Positions 20,822 to 33,500 of a stretch of DNA of 64,000 nt are shown piece after piece. Each line of letters opens with the position of its first letter. Positions within the stretch are counted from its first letter, which is position 1. A program made the position numbers and the translations under genes. Below the pieces are notes generated by a model. It was given only the letters and a program-made list of their open reading frames with translations. It ran no database searches and was not told the origin of the DNA. The stretch lies in NCBI GenBank assembly GCA_965644315.1, contig CBFFRQ010000068.1, positions 1,116,001 through 1,180,000 on the forward strand, given 5' to 3'. Source of the DNA: Caecitellus pseudoparvulus (taxonomy: Eukaryota > Protista > Bigyra: Bicosoecida).

Positions 20822-23171
20822 CTACAAGAAGCCAGCACCGACAGTGAGGCTGCCAAAGAAGAGAGCAAAGCCCAAGTAGCTGCTGAAGGGGAGAGCTGCG
20901 AGGCTGTACAAGGTCCAAGCTGTGTTTGTGATGCCACGTTCGGCCAGTGCGAGGCAGTTGCGCGCGAAAGATCCGTGCGCATCAGAAAGCGGATGCTGCT
21001 GCAGCCCCGCTTGCCTCAGCTCCACCTGCATGCGCTTGCGCTGTGCAGCAATATATGCTACGATTTCCTTAGCGACGCGCAAGTCACCCACGTCTGCTGA
21101 AGCGACAAGGACACCGTGGACATCACGCAGCAGGACGTATGCGGTGCCCTGGTCACGGTATACAAGGGGTTCTTGCGGCAGCCGCGGTGCCAGGCCGGCG
21201 AAGTATGCCCCGGCCATGATGAGGAAGTAGAGGAACATGGCAATGGAGCAAGCTCGGAAGCCAGGGAGGAATGAACTCTTGCACATGCCGCACGACTTGT
21301 CTTGGGGGGTGGTGGAGGCAGTGGCTGCCTCGTAGGCATAGTTATTCACACTCCCAAGGGCGCTCTGGCCAGTAGGACAGGCGAAAGCCACGAGGTCGTT
21401 CGGCAATCCAGGTGTGTGGCTGGGGGTCGGGTCGCCCTGCATGCTGCGCCCAGAAAGAGGTCGGGACGTGGGGGAGGGGCTCGCAAGGTGGGAGGTGCGA
21501 CGGGTGGCCGCCGCTGGCTTCGCTGCTGGCTGGGCCGCTGGTGCAGGCTGCAGGACGGGGGGAGGCACCCAGGAGGGCGCATCGGTGGATGGGGCAAACG
21601 CTGCGTAGGATGGTAAGCCGGAGTACTCCCCCCAGCACTTCTTGGCGTCAGCAGGTGCAAACAGGGGCTCGCAGCTGAAGTAACGTGACATCTTGACAGG
21701 CACTGGGACAAAGCAGCCGCCAGCCGACTGCGGCAGCTCGTGTCCGAGATACCCCATCCACCCCACAGCATCAATGCAGGGCGTTGCTGTCAGCGCGATG
21801 CCGCCCACAAGCAGAGCAACAAGGAGAAAGCCTGTTCGACGAGAGCAGCCACAGAGGCGCCCGCCTCCCTCTCGCTTTGTTGCGTACGAATCCGTGGGCA
21901 CGGCAGCTCGCTCATCCAAAGCAAGCGGCACGACGTCAGCGTCTTCTTTCAAGGGAAAGGGGTCGTCATCTTCCTTGGGAAGGGGGGGCGGGAAGGGCGC
22001 TTCTGCAGGCGACACCAACATCCTCCACACCGCATTGCCACAGTCACAGCCACAGCACAGGAAAGCGCGGTTGTCCGCCCACCACGAGTACAGCAACATG
22101 CCCATGTGCAGCGCGAGGGCAACGAACGACAGCACCACGGCCGCAATGAAGGGCGCCTCAGGCTTGCGCCAGTCTGCTGCCCCGACGACGTTGACGATGC
22201 AAGCTGCCAGCAGGCAGGAGAGGACGCAAATGTACAGCGGCTGGGAACGCAGCCACTGGCCCCATGCGCCATTGCAGCATGCAAACCACTGACGGACCAC
22301 CATGGTCGCACACAGAGGGGGGTCCTCGGCCACGACGACACAGGTCTCGACCTGGTCCAGCGGCACCACGCTGCTCCACGTGTTTCCGGCAAAGTCTGTC
22401 GTGGAAAACGTGACCTCGGTGTGGTCTTTTGGGAGGCTGACCTCAGACACACGCCAGTGTCGGCGGGCCACCCAGCGTGTGCGGGGAGCCTCCTCCTGCA
22501 AATCCTCCTCCAGATGCACACGGGTGCTGTGGCCTGGGCTGGGGAAGTAGTGCGCCCCAGCCTTGGTCGGAGGGGCATACCCTCCGACAAGGCCCCGAGC
22601 TGAGCGAGCCCCTGCTGCCCCTTTCGGGTCCTCGAGTCCCGATGTCCCATCAGTTGGCCGACTGGTCAGGTCAGCATATGGGTGCTTGGCTTCTTTGAAG
22701 TACTGTCGGCCTTGCTGCCGCTCGAGCCACTCCTCCACGACAGTATCGAAGATCGAAAACCGCGCCCGCCGGTCAATGAGTGCCCCCAGCGCGGCTTCTC
22801 GACCCCATGTGCCGCTGCTGTGGGTGGACCAGGAGGCAGAGGAGGGAAGTCGGGCTGACGGTGCGAGTGGCACGGATGGTCGCCGGACGGGGCCATCAAT
22901 GTCTGAAGTCAGGCCCGTTTGGTAGCCAGCTTCGGCAAGCGGTGCAGATGGACCCCCTGCCCGCCCTACCTCCGTGCCCTTGAACTCTGGCGGCTCGCCG
23001 TGAATGAATGAGTCGTCCAGGGCTGGAGGTGAGGCGCCACCACCGTCATTGTCAATGCCTTGAGCCTGCAGAAAAGGGTAGGTGTTGCAAGCGCTGAACC
23101 AAGGTGCAGCACCTCAACACAAACGCGACTCTTACGCTGTCCCCAGACTTGGCTGACCGCGGAGAAGCCAT
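20822..23171 (-). CDS. Uncharacterised multi-pass, Cys-rich membrane protein, paralogue A; intron 23135-23066
   Basis: ATG 23171 (MASPRSAKSGDS), then a GTAAGA..TTCTGCAG intron, then exon 2 in frame with ORF 20822..22873. About 4-5 hydrophobic helices. Collinear homology with the gene at 23635-25813. Confidence 0.8.
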
Positions 23172-23634
23172 GGCTTTGCGGCAGCTAGGCGTGTGGGTGG
23201 AGGATGCGGGTGGTGCAGCGACAGAGTCTGGACAGTGCAGGGCCGCTGGCAGGCTGAGGGGCAAGGCGGACAGGCTGGGCGCTGAGCTGCCGCCAAAACC
23301 ACTTTGTCTTGGATCACGCGGCTAGATTTTGTGCCACAGTTATGCGTGTGCGGAGTCAGGCAGCCCTTGGGGGGGTGCAAGGTGCAGTGCACCACCCCAC
23401 CACGCCATGTCGGGGCCGCATGACAGTCTCACTGCAGCCGCCAATTCACGCACATCGAACCCTACCTTCGGGGACTTTGATAAGCATGCTACTAGGCAGG
23501 CGATTCCCCACACTCGCGGAAGGGCTCACTCCTTCGTTGTGCCCGCAGTTCTGGTGCTCAGCACAGCAAGTGTGGTGGTGTGTGCCCACACCTTCCCAGC
23601 CGGTTGAACTGCGCCACATCGGTGCTTCGTCACC
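23172..23634. promoter_or_regulatory. Probable shared bidirectional promoter of the paralogue pair
   Basis: 463-bp gap between two divergent ATGs. Inferred from geometry only; no motif identified. Confidence 0.4.
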
Positions 23635-25813
23635 ATGGCTGCCAAAGGAGGCTCGGGTTTGGATGCACCACTCATAGGAGGGAGCTCTGCCGTGAGTGAT
23701 GGGCCAGCTTACCCGCTGCTAGGTTTGCCTGGCTGACAGTCACGCAAGCCTCCCTCGCATCGCCCAATCGTGTGTGCAGGACTACCAGACGCTAAGTGAC
23801 GAAGCCCCTGACTCAGCAAGGGACGCCGATCACGTTGACATTGCTGTGCCATCAGCTTCCGTAGCAGTGCTGGCTGGGGGAGACCGTGTGCCTGTGCGAG
23901 GCAGCGGGAAAGACGGCTGCAAGCCCAACTCAACGGAGCACACCCTGAACACGTGGCTCAACAAGTCTCAAGCCCGGCAGTACTTCAAGGAGGCTCGTTT
24001 CCCTTACAAGACGGGGGAGCTCAGGCCACCGGGACCCGGGATTGCAGGTGTCAGAGATGCGCACCACGTTGTGGGCGGCCACGTGCCTCGCAGCGAGGGG
24101 CCTGCCCACGACTTTCCAGCGCCGGGCAAGGCCAGCGTCGTGCACTTGCAGTGGAGCACAGACACCCGGGAGGCCACGAACACGTGGATGCACCGGTCGT
24201 GGTCTTGCTGCTGCCAAACGTACACTGCCGCCCACGAGACGTCCATGACGACCTCAGCCCTGCAGACCACAAGCATTGACCAGGAAGGCAACGCCGTTGT
24301 GAACACCGTGCCCCTGGAAGACATCGAACGCTGCACTGTCGTGGCAGACCAGCCGTTTGTCGGAGAGGTGGTCTGCAAGCGAGGGGCCGTGGCGTGTGCC
24401 AACTCGGCATGGGGCCGCTATGTGGTTTCACAGCCATGCTTCCTGGCCGCTTCCACAGCAGCACTGCTCTCTTGCATCTTTCACATCGCCGCCAATGCCG
24501 TCGTGCCCAAGAGTGTGGACCTCTTCTATGCAGCTGCGTGGTGCTTGTACATTGCTGTGTTCCTGCACATTTGCCTGGTGCTGCACGCATTCATGGCTGA
24601 CGCGACGTGCGCGCTGCTCTGCCACTTCTGCGCATGTTGCAGCAGGGGAAAGGTGAAGGACCCCGCCACAGGAACTTGCTGTGTGGAGTACGGCGAACCC
24701 AGGGAGGAGTGCGACCCCTTCCCCCATGACCCGTCTGGCACGCAGATCCCCGCGGAGGTCCTGGAGCGCTCAGAGGTTCCGGGGTCCACATCCACCACGC
24801 GGCTGAGGCAGGGCGGAGGCGTCCTGTGCTGTGGATGTTCCCGCCGTTCTTGGGGCATGCTGGCAACCTTGCTCGTCTTTGGCCTTGCTGCCGCCACCTC
24901 TGCCTGTGCTGTGGCTGTGTGGTGGACAACCTTCCCTGGCTCTGGCGGCACCCCCTCCTCTGGCACCTGCGCGGTGTCAACTGCTGAGCGGGCGTGGCAG
25001 AACTTCACCTGTCAACCAGAGTACTCCAGCTCGGACACCAAGTGCTGGAACAAGGTGGCAGGCGGCGGCGGCGGTGGCAATGACCCGCAGCCCGCTCCTC
25101 CTGTGCTGCGTGTGTTGCAAGCCGTGGGCTGGATGCCACCCTCCCCGTCAGCCGGTTACCAGCCGTTTGAGGCTCTCTCCAGCCCTGACCAGCCCGCTGA
25201 CCGACGCAAGCTGCAGTCGTCACCCTCTCCAACGCCCACACCGAACGCTGACTTGGCATTTGCGTGCCCCGCGGGTTCCTCGGCCATCGACAGCGTGAAC
25301 GTTTACTCGCAATCAAAGGCCACCTCTTCCAGCGGGACGCCTGTCGGGGACGCGACGTGCGGTATGTGCAAGAGCGCCTTCCTTCCATCGTACAGAGCGT
25401 GCGCAGTGCTGACTGCACTGTACTTCCTGTCTTTCATCTTGGCGTATGTTCTGGGGCTGGCCCCTCGAATCCCACAAGAGCCGTGGCGGTATCTGGATGA
25501 AGGCACTGCTTACATCTTTGTCATGACCAGGTACGGCACGTTGGGAGCATGTGCAGTTGTGGGAGACCAGCGCAACGCGCAGCAAATCGTACGGGCTGTC
25601 ATGGCGGCGCGTGCCCGCATTGCAGCGGAGCTCGTGGCCAGCGGCGGAGCCCCGCCAGCTCTCGTGGATGTGTACGGCACAAATGGCCGTGCAGGGTGCT
25701 GGGCATGCAACACTGTCGGGACTGGGGCTCCAACCCTCCTGCTACTGCAGCTCAAGTGGCTGCTGCGATACCTTGACCCCGCGAATGTGCTGTACTTCAT
25801 TCCGGCTCTGTAG
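23635..25813 (+). CDS. Uncharacterised multi-pass, Cys-rich membrane protein, paralogue B; intron 23692-23779
   Basis: caccATG 23635 (MAAKGGSGLDAPLIGGSSA), then a GTGAGT..TGCAG intron, joining ORF 23774..25813 at DYQTLSDE. Shares many motifs with paralogue A. Confidence 0.8.
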
Positions 25814-25840
25814 GGTCAAGCAATGCACACGTAGCTACAG

Positions 25841-28306
25841 CTAAAGTACTGGCAAGATGGCGGGGCATTCTTGCCGAGAAAGGTAGTCCAGAGGCCAGTC
25901 CACCCGCACAGCTGCGATACGATCTGACTGCCACCCGGCAGCGCTTGCACTGGCACGCAATGCGGCGAAGGTAGGAGAGAGATCCGGCACTGCGGCACCA
26001 CCTTTCATCGTCTGTGGCACCAGCAGCAGGACGTGGGGAGGCAACAAGCGGTCACTGCCCCACGCATCATCAGAGCCTGCTGGCTGCAGAGCTCCAGGGA
26101 GCGAGGGAGCAGCAGTGCTGGGGCCTGGCACTGGCACCTGGGAGGGTGATGGCTCAAGCCTGCATATGTGCGCGCCGCCTGCAGTCAGTATCCGCTCCAG
26201 CATGGCACAAGGTGGCCCAGCTGCGCCGGGAATGTCCACGACGGCTACGCACCAGTCCTGGAAAGCAGGCCTGCCATGCAGCCGCCACGCCCTGGCTGCA
26301 CCTGGCCACACTCGTGGATCTGCGCCCACTCTTGAAGCAGCAGTGGCGCAGGAGACCTCTGCCTCTTCCAAGCCCGTGGCTGTGCCCAGAAGGTGAGGGC
26401 ACAACACCCAGGCCCCAGCCGCAAATGCAGAGCACAACTTCTCCACTCGTGACAAGTTCCACACCACCAGGTGAGTACACGATGCGTCCCAAGCGTGCCG
26501 ATCCCCGTTCCGAGCGCTGACGAGGACGGAGGATCGCGGGATCAGGGCCAGGGCAGCCTTTTCCACCGCCTTGGTGGACACAGAAAACGCACCCCGAGCG
26601 CCAGACACTGGCTGCTGTGCATCTCCTGGCATGTGCTTTGTCCCACTGAACATGATGCACGCACCTACTTGCGCTGGCTCTCCAGCTTCATCAGCTGCGG
26701 CGGCGCTGTGGTCTGTAGCGCTGCTGCCTGTGTTCCACCTGGACGGATCCAAACCAGCATTTCGACGCCGGATAGCAAGTCGCAGGAAAGTGAAGTGGTC
26801 GTGTTCGCTCTCCTTCGGCAATCTGCCTGCGGGGAATCGACTGGCCTCTTCTGCAACGTTCGCTGGTGTGATGAGAGTGTGCAAGCACGGCAGTGAAGCT
26901 TGGGTCTGAGCCCCACCTTGTACAAGGGCAAATTCCTCCTCGGCGGCAGGGGCGCCCAGCTCCTCACTTGCCAAGACCCACCCCGCTGTGACCAGCGGCA
27001 CACCGGCGGCGCGGGCCCACTGTGCTCGGGCACACGCGCTTGCAGCTTGCCTCCAAATCCACCCATCTGCGTGGAGGGGAATCCCGGCTGAGGAGTCCGC
27101 CCCACCGTCCATGCCCAGCCCCCCTCCGTATGCTTGCACTGTAAATCCACTTTCGCTGGTGGACATGGGGCCTTCAGACAGGGCAACTGTGCCCTGCTTT
27201 TCCTCAGTTTCCCCGCCCCCCGCACCTGGTGCCGGACTTGGCACTGCGGCAGCAGCGCCTCCCGGCTGCTCACGAGTCGCGTCTGTGACGGCAAGCAAGC
27301 CAGCCACGCCGCCATTCACGCGGAACAGCTGCCGGGCCGACAGTTCAGCTTTGCGGGCGGCTGCCAATGCTGCCTGGTTCTGTTGCGGCGCTGCTGGGTC
27401 TCCAGACCGTGCGATGGGGTACACACTGGTGGCCACTGTTGAAGACCCAGCCGGAAGCCCAAGACAAGATGTCGACGTGCCAGCCTCCGCTGTCACCGTG
27501 ACGATGCCAGACACATGCCCACTGGCATCCACAGTCACAGCCGGGCACGGCACGTAGACCACCATGTGACTCAGCAGGTCTGTGAAGGCGGCACGCAGAA
27601 CGCAGGCGCCGCACCGGGCAAGCGCAGCTTCCACTTGATCTCTGCTTGGACTTGTGTGGGAGCTGAACCCCGACGTGGCAACGACGCACCCCTGCAAGGC
27701 TGACCTGTGCGGCGGACGAGGGTAGCAAGCATCATATGCTGGCGTATGCGGTGCCGTTTGGGGTACTCACGAGGCAGGGACAGGTGCAGGAGACACGGCA
27801 AGGTCGTGTTCAGAGCGAGAGGGAGGGAGAGGGCTGTCCCCATCTGGCATGAAGGGTGGCCACTGAAAGCCTGCCGCGACAGGTAGTGGCTCAGCCAGGC
27901 GTCTGGCAGCGAGGCCTGCCGCCTTGTGACCACCAGGGTCTTCCTCGCAGCAGCCGTGCAGCGCCTGAGGAACCGCGGCAAGAGCCCCATAGCCTTCCAG
28001 GGCATGGCTCCCCGCGCCCTGTCGCGCGCAGGCGGCGAGCCAAGCCTGGGACAGCACGCGAGGTTTCGGCGCAACCCCTGCTGCCACTCTGTTCGCCCAC
28101 AGCTTGACTTCCGGAGATCTCCAGGCATCAGGGTGGGTGCCTGGGATGACGATGGTTGGATTTGCATCAAAGGCAGCGCACACACGGGCGCCAAAGTGGC
28201 GGATGACATGACAAAGTGCCTGCGTGCGAGGGCTGCCCTGGCTCATGCCCAGCATGAGCACCACCTGGCCACGAAGCTGCAAGGAACCAGAGCCGGTAGA
28301 CTGCAT
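25841..28306 (-). CDS. Multi-BRCT protein (TopBP1/Cut5-like); intron 27770-27705; 5' end uncertain (may extend to ATG 28505)
   Basis: At least four BRCT-like units: LRGQVVLMLG..RHFGARV..VLSQAWLAAC; LQGCVVATSGF..VTAGWVLAS; CTHLVV..RVEKLCSAFAAGAWVL; AFQDWCVAV..RILTAGGAHI..VDWPLDYL. A phase-2 GTGAGT..CAG intron links the two ORFs. Confidence 0.75.
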
Positions 28307-28677
28307 CGTGACCAGCGTCTAGATGCAGATCACATTCAAAATTCAAGCGGATACCCCACAGCGCTGTCTTCAGCGTGCACGGCAGGCCTCAAACAATGCT
28401 TGGGCGAAGTGTGCGGAAATTGACCCGCACCACAGAGCGGTCGACCAGGCAATTCAAGCTTGCGCCCGACGATGGCAGGTGGCTGGACAGCACGACACGC
28501 TGCATGTCATTCCATTGTTCGAGCCACTCGGAATCGATCTTGCGGCTGATGCATGTCGTTGTTTGTGTGTTTGCCGCACTGGCTCGACTGCAGCTCCAGT
28601 GAATTGCAGCGCACGGAACGAGGCACGAGGATCCTGAACACAAGCTCTGAGCGGTGCAAGTGCATTTGTCTCTAACC

Positions 28678-30457
28678 ATGCGTGCATCTTTTGGGGCTCT
28701 GGTCTGTCTCGCGGCACTGGTGTGCTTGGCGCCTGTGTCCGCAGCCGAAGGTGCGGGTTAGCCACTCTCACACGTGCCACCCGCCGCGCACTTTGGTTCT
28801 CGCTGTACCTTGGGCAGATTGCGGTCCAGAGGAGGACCTGTTCACGCCACTGGTGGTGTACTTTTTCTTGTCTCTCAGTGCAGCTGTTCTCTACGGCGGC
28901 TACTTGGTGAGTGCTGCGAAGGAGCACAGCGTTTCAGAGTTTCAGCTGCACCACTCCAGGCTCTGCCCGCCACAGGCGTACCAGTGGGCGACAGGCATCG
29001 AAAGCAGCAGCAGCGAACGAGACCTAAAAGGAATGGAGATGATGACTGCTCGGGTTGAAGGCGTGACCTCCCCGCAGATGGAGTCCTGGCGAATTCCCAT
29101 CCGCGAGCTGAAGTTCGGGGCAGTGGTCGGCAAGGGCAACGTGGGGGAAGTGTACGAAGGGGAGCACCGGGGGCGCGTGGTGGCCATCAAGAAGCTCTTA
29201 GGAACGTGGTACAAGGACTCTGACATGGTGCAACGCTTCCGCGACGAAATCCTTCTCATGTCCACGATGCACCACCCGAATGTGCTTGTCTTCCTCGGCG
29301 CGGTGTTGGACCCCGAGGCCGGCAACATGTGCCTCGTGACAGAGTTGTGCCGCAACGGCACCTTGCACTCCTTCCTGCACTCCGAGAGCCCCATGGACTG
29401 GCGCACAAGGCTGCGCATGTGCACTGACGTGGCCCGCGGCATGCACTACCTGCACGGGCGTGCAGGGATCATTCAGCGCGACCTCAAGTCTGCTAACCTG
29501 TTGCTAGACGACTTTTTGCGCGTGAAGATCGCAGATTTCGGACTGAGCCGCCAGATGAACACTACGGTCATGGAGACGTACTGTGGCACGCCCGCCACCA
29601 TGGCACCGGAGATTGTCAAGCAGCAGCCGTACAGCGAAAAGGCAGACGTCTTTTCCTTTGCTGTGATCATGTGGGAGATTTTGACGCGAGCAGAGCCGTA
29701 CGAGGGCCGCTCTGGGCTGGGCCTGGCCATGGCTGTCGCGAACGAAGGCATCCGGCCGCCTGTGCCTGCGTACTGCCCCGTGGAGTGGGCTCGACTCATG
29801 ACGGCTGCGTGGGCCGCAGACGCTGACGCCCGGCCTTCATTTGAGCATAATCTTGATACGCTGTCCTCGATGGAAGCAAGGGTTGATGCTGCCCTTCGTG
29901 GGGTGCCGCTGCAGGCTGCTGATGCCGGGGATGCGGTGCTGGCCAGAGTGGCACGTGCGCGTGGCAGGGACTTTGAAGCCATGCAGGCGAACATTGCTCG
30001 CAAGCAGATCCGTGGACCCCACCAATCGCTGACCAGCAGTGATGGCGATGAGGAGGGGTGGTCTGGTGAGGAGAGTGACCTGGAGGAAGGGGGGGCGGCG
30101 GCTCCCACGGCTGCCCATTCGCCAAGCACGCCAGCCCGTGATGCGGGCGATTCCAAGGCAACTTCGCCACGCCTGGCCCAGGAAGGCTCTCTTGGGGCTC
30201 CCGTTGGGAGTGCCGTGTCCAGAGGAAAGCGTCCCCCCGCCGCCCCTCCCCGGCCAGCGCAGTCTCAACCCACGCCTGTGGAGCAGGTTGGTCCTGACTG
30301 GGCCTACGCCGCACAACGACCACGCCGTGCCCGCCGACACACCATGGCCAGGTACAGGAGCTATGAGCGAGATGCAGACAGCTCAGAGCGCCCAACACCG
30401 CCGCCAGCTCCTCCTGCGCCGTCCCAGGCCGTGGTGTCTTCCGATTCCGACGGGTAG
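28678..30457 (+). CDS. Single-pass TKL-group protein kinase; introns 28751-28817 and probably 28907-28975
   Basis: Kinase motifs GKGNVGEVY, VAIKK, QRDLKSANLL, KIADFGLSR, GTPATMAPE, KADVFSF. Spliced N-terminus gives a signal peptide (MRASFGALVCLAALVCLAPVSA) and one TM helix. Confidence 0.9.
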
Positions 30458-30511
30458 CGTGCCTGCATTCAATTCAATGTATATGTCGCGAGCTGGGGCG
30501 CAGCGCCCAGT

Positions 30512-33500
30512 TTAAAGCAAGTCGCCGACGTCCACCACGCCATCTGCGTCCCCACTGGGCAGGTCGCTGTCGTCCATGTCCAGCAGCTGCGCAAGCGTGG
30601 TGCCAGTGCCAATCCCGAGCGCTCCCCCAAACTCCAGCTCCACACCCTCGCCGCTCACACTGGAGATGTCAGATAAGTGCTCTTGCGCATCTTCCTCCAC
30701 ATTCTGTAAGTCGTCTGGTACGTCCTCCGCTGCAAGTGGGGTCTGGGTGCTGTCCAGCACGCCAGCAGCGGCTGCATGTGCTGCGGCATGAAGGTCGCGG
30801 TCCTGATGCAGGTGTGTGGCTGGCGATGCTGCATCAGCACGACGCCTGTGCGCCCCCTCCCGTTGCTCCGCAGAGACGGAGTCCACCAAGGCTTTGACCC
30901 CCTGAACCGCTGCCCTCTGCCATTCCTCTGGGGCCGTGCGGGATGCCCGCAGCGCGCTGTGCAAGGCAGCCAGCACTGGAGGCACCGCACCACGCAGCTG
31001 CAGCACAGCGGCACTGGCTGGGCCAGCTGCCGCAGCTTGAACAGCCAGCTGCAAGCTGGCCAGGGCTGCCCTGGTATCTTGAGGTGCGGAGGTGCTTGGA
31101 GCAGCGCCCATTGCAGCTGCGACGCCAGTGAGCCGCTCAAGTCGCCTCGCAAACACGGCACTTTCTGCTTCTTCAGCATCTCCAGCAGACTCCGTACCCT
31201 GCGATGTAGAGGGAGAGGGGGTCGCCTCCGAATGGGGCGAGGCAGGCTGCGCGGGGGACCCAGGATTGGGGCCCACTGATGGCCTCTCCCACTCTGCCAG
31301 CTGCTGCTGCAGTGCCAGCACCCGCGCCTCTCGTTCCTCCACACTATCTTTCGCACCCTGTAGCTCTCGCTGCACAGACGCCAGGCGGAGCCGCAAAGCT
31401 TTAGCCTCGGCTTCTGCGGTTGCCTTGGCCTCTTGGGCACGGGAAGTGGCCTGCCGAGCACTCTCCACGTCTGCTTGCAGCCGATCACAGCGCTCCTGGG
31501 CACCTCGAGCCAGCGCTGTAGCCCTTTCCGTGGCTGCCGTGGCACTCGCAAGCTCACTGCGAAGCTGATCGACCTCCCGGCTCCGCTGCTGTGCCGCCTG
31601 CGCAAGTTTGGCCTCCAACCTCGCTTCGCGCCCACGAAGCGCGCGGAGCTGCTCTGCGATCATGGACGCTGCCGCGTCAACCTTGGAGGGAGTGCTGGTC
31701 TCCCCGCCACTCTGCAGCTCTGTCGTCAGTGCTGCCAACACCGCCCCCTCCCGTCGCCGCAGAATGTCCAGGGCAGTCTGCGCTTCTTCCAGCTCCTGTC
31801 GCAACTCTTCCTGTACCGCTGCGCCCCCAGCTGCAGCCGCCTCCCGCTGTTCCTCAGCTGCAGCGAGGGCAGCCTTGCTGGCGGACACCTGGCCCTGAGC
31901 TGCTGCAAGGCGCCGCTCCAGGCTTGCCTTCTCAGCACTCCATGCGGCTGACCCCCGCATGTACGCCTGTCGCTCCGACTCGAGTCGAGCTGAGCAGGCC
32001 TCCGCCTCGGCAACAGCAGCGGCAGCCGCTTTCCTTGCAGCCTCTGCTTCTGCTTTGGCGGACGCTGCAGCAGCCGCCTCTGTTGCGCTCTGTCCTGACT
32101 GCTGCTGCAGGGACCGCTGCAGCGCCTCCGCGTATTGGATCTTCTGCTCTGCTTCACGTGTGCGTGCTGCTGCGTTGGCTTGCGCTTCAGAGGCAGCGCG
32201 AGTGGCCGCCTTGGCTTCCGCTTTGGCTTCCTCCGCCTCCGCCAGCACACCCTCCGCTGCAGCAATGGAGGCTGCGGCGGCAGCTTGTTTGGCCTGCAGC
32301 GATCGCAGCCATTGCGCAGCAGCGGCGGCCCCGCTAGACCCTGCTGCACTGACTGCAGATGAGTTGGGGCTGCCAGATGCTGGTGCTGTGGATGCGCCTG
32401 CCATAATGCTGGTTGCTAGTGCTTCCAGCTCGGAGCGCTCTGCAACGAGGTCAGCCTGAGCTGCAGCCCGCTGCTTGTCCAGAGCTTCCCGCAGCTCGGC
32501 TGCCTTGCGCCGCGCAGCTTCAGACTTGGAGGCCACCTCCTCCCGGGCAGCAGCCACACGCTCTTGCAGCGAGGAAGCTGCCTTGTCCAGGGCCTCTTGC
32601 CGCTTGGCCAGGGCTGCTTCAGTCGCAGCCCTGTTGCGGGCCAAGGACGCCGCCCGGGCCTCCACTTCAGCTGCCCGGGCGTCCAAGGCGTGCTGCTGCT
32701 GCACAAGCTCCCGCTCAGCTTGTCGGAGGCGCTTCGCTTCTGCTGTGCTTGCTTCCTCTCGGGTGGCAACCTCCTCCTCGGCAGCCTGAACCTGCCGTTC
32801 CCGTGCTGCCAGCTGCTCAGCAGCTTGGTCTGCTGACGCACGTGCCTGGCGTTCCGAAGCTTCCACTTGCCTCTCTCGCTGGGCAAGACGCTCTGCCTGC
32901 TGCTGCAACGCTTCCTGCTGTGCCACAGACTTGGCCTCGGCCGCGGCGATCTCGGCTTGCAGGTCTTCAAGCGCCTGCGCCACGGCGGCTGCGCGCTGGT
33001 CTGCCTCCTCCTTCGCCGCACAGGCAGCCTCCTCGCGCTGCTTGGCTGCCTCTTGGCGCTGGCGGGCCGCATCTAGTGCTGCTTCTGCTTTGGCTTGCTT
33101 CCTGGCCAACGCGGCGGCCGCCTTCTCTGACTTCCGGGATGCAGCAGCCAGTTTGGATGCAGCTGCAGCTTCTCGGCGTGCGACCTCCTCCTCTCTGCTG
33201 GCGAGAGCCTCCATTCGAGCAGCGTACCCGGCAGACGCCGCCTGTGCCCTCGCAGCTGCAGAGGCTGCCGACCGCTTGGCAGCCGCTGCCTTGCCGGACG
33301 CGGCTTCCTTGGCCTCTTCTGCCTCCCGCTTCGCCTTGCTAGCCTCTGCCCGCGCCTTGCTGGCCTCTGCACGTTCGCTTTCAAGTGCCCGTCGCGTGCG
33401 CTCTGCTGCCGCGGCCGCCTTCTTGGCAGCTGACTCACGCTCCGCCACAGCTGTCTCCCGTGCTTGCAGACCCGTGCTACGCTCCTCCAGCGCAGCTTGC

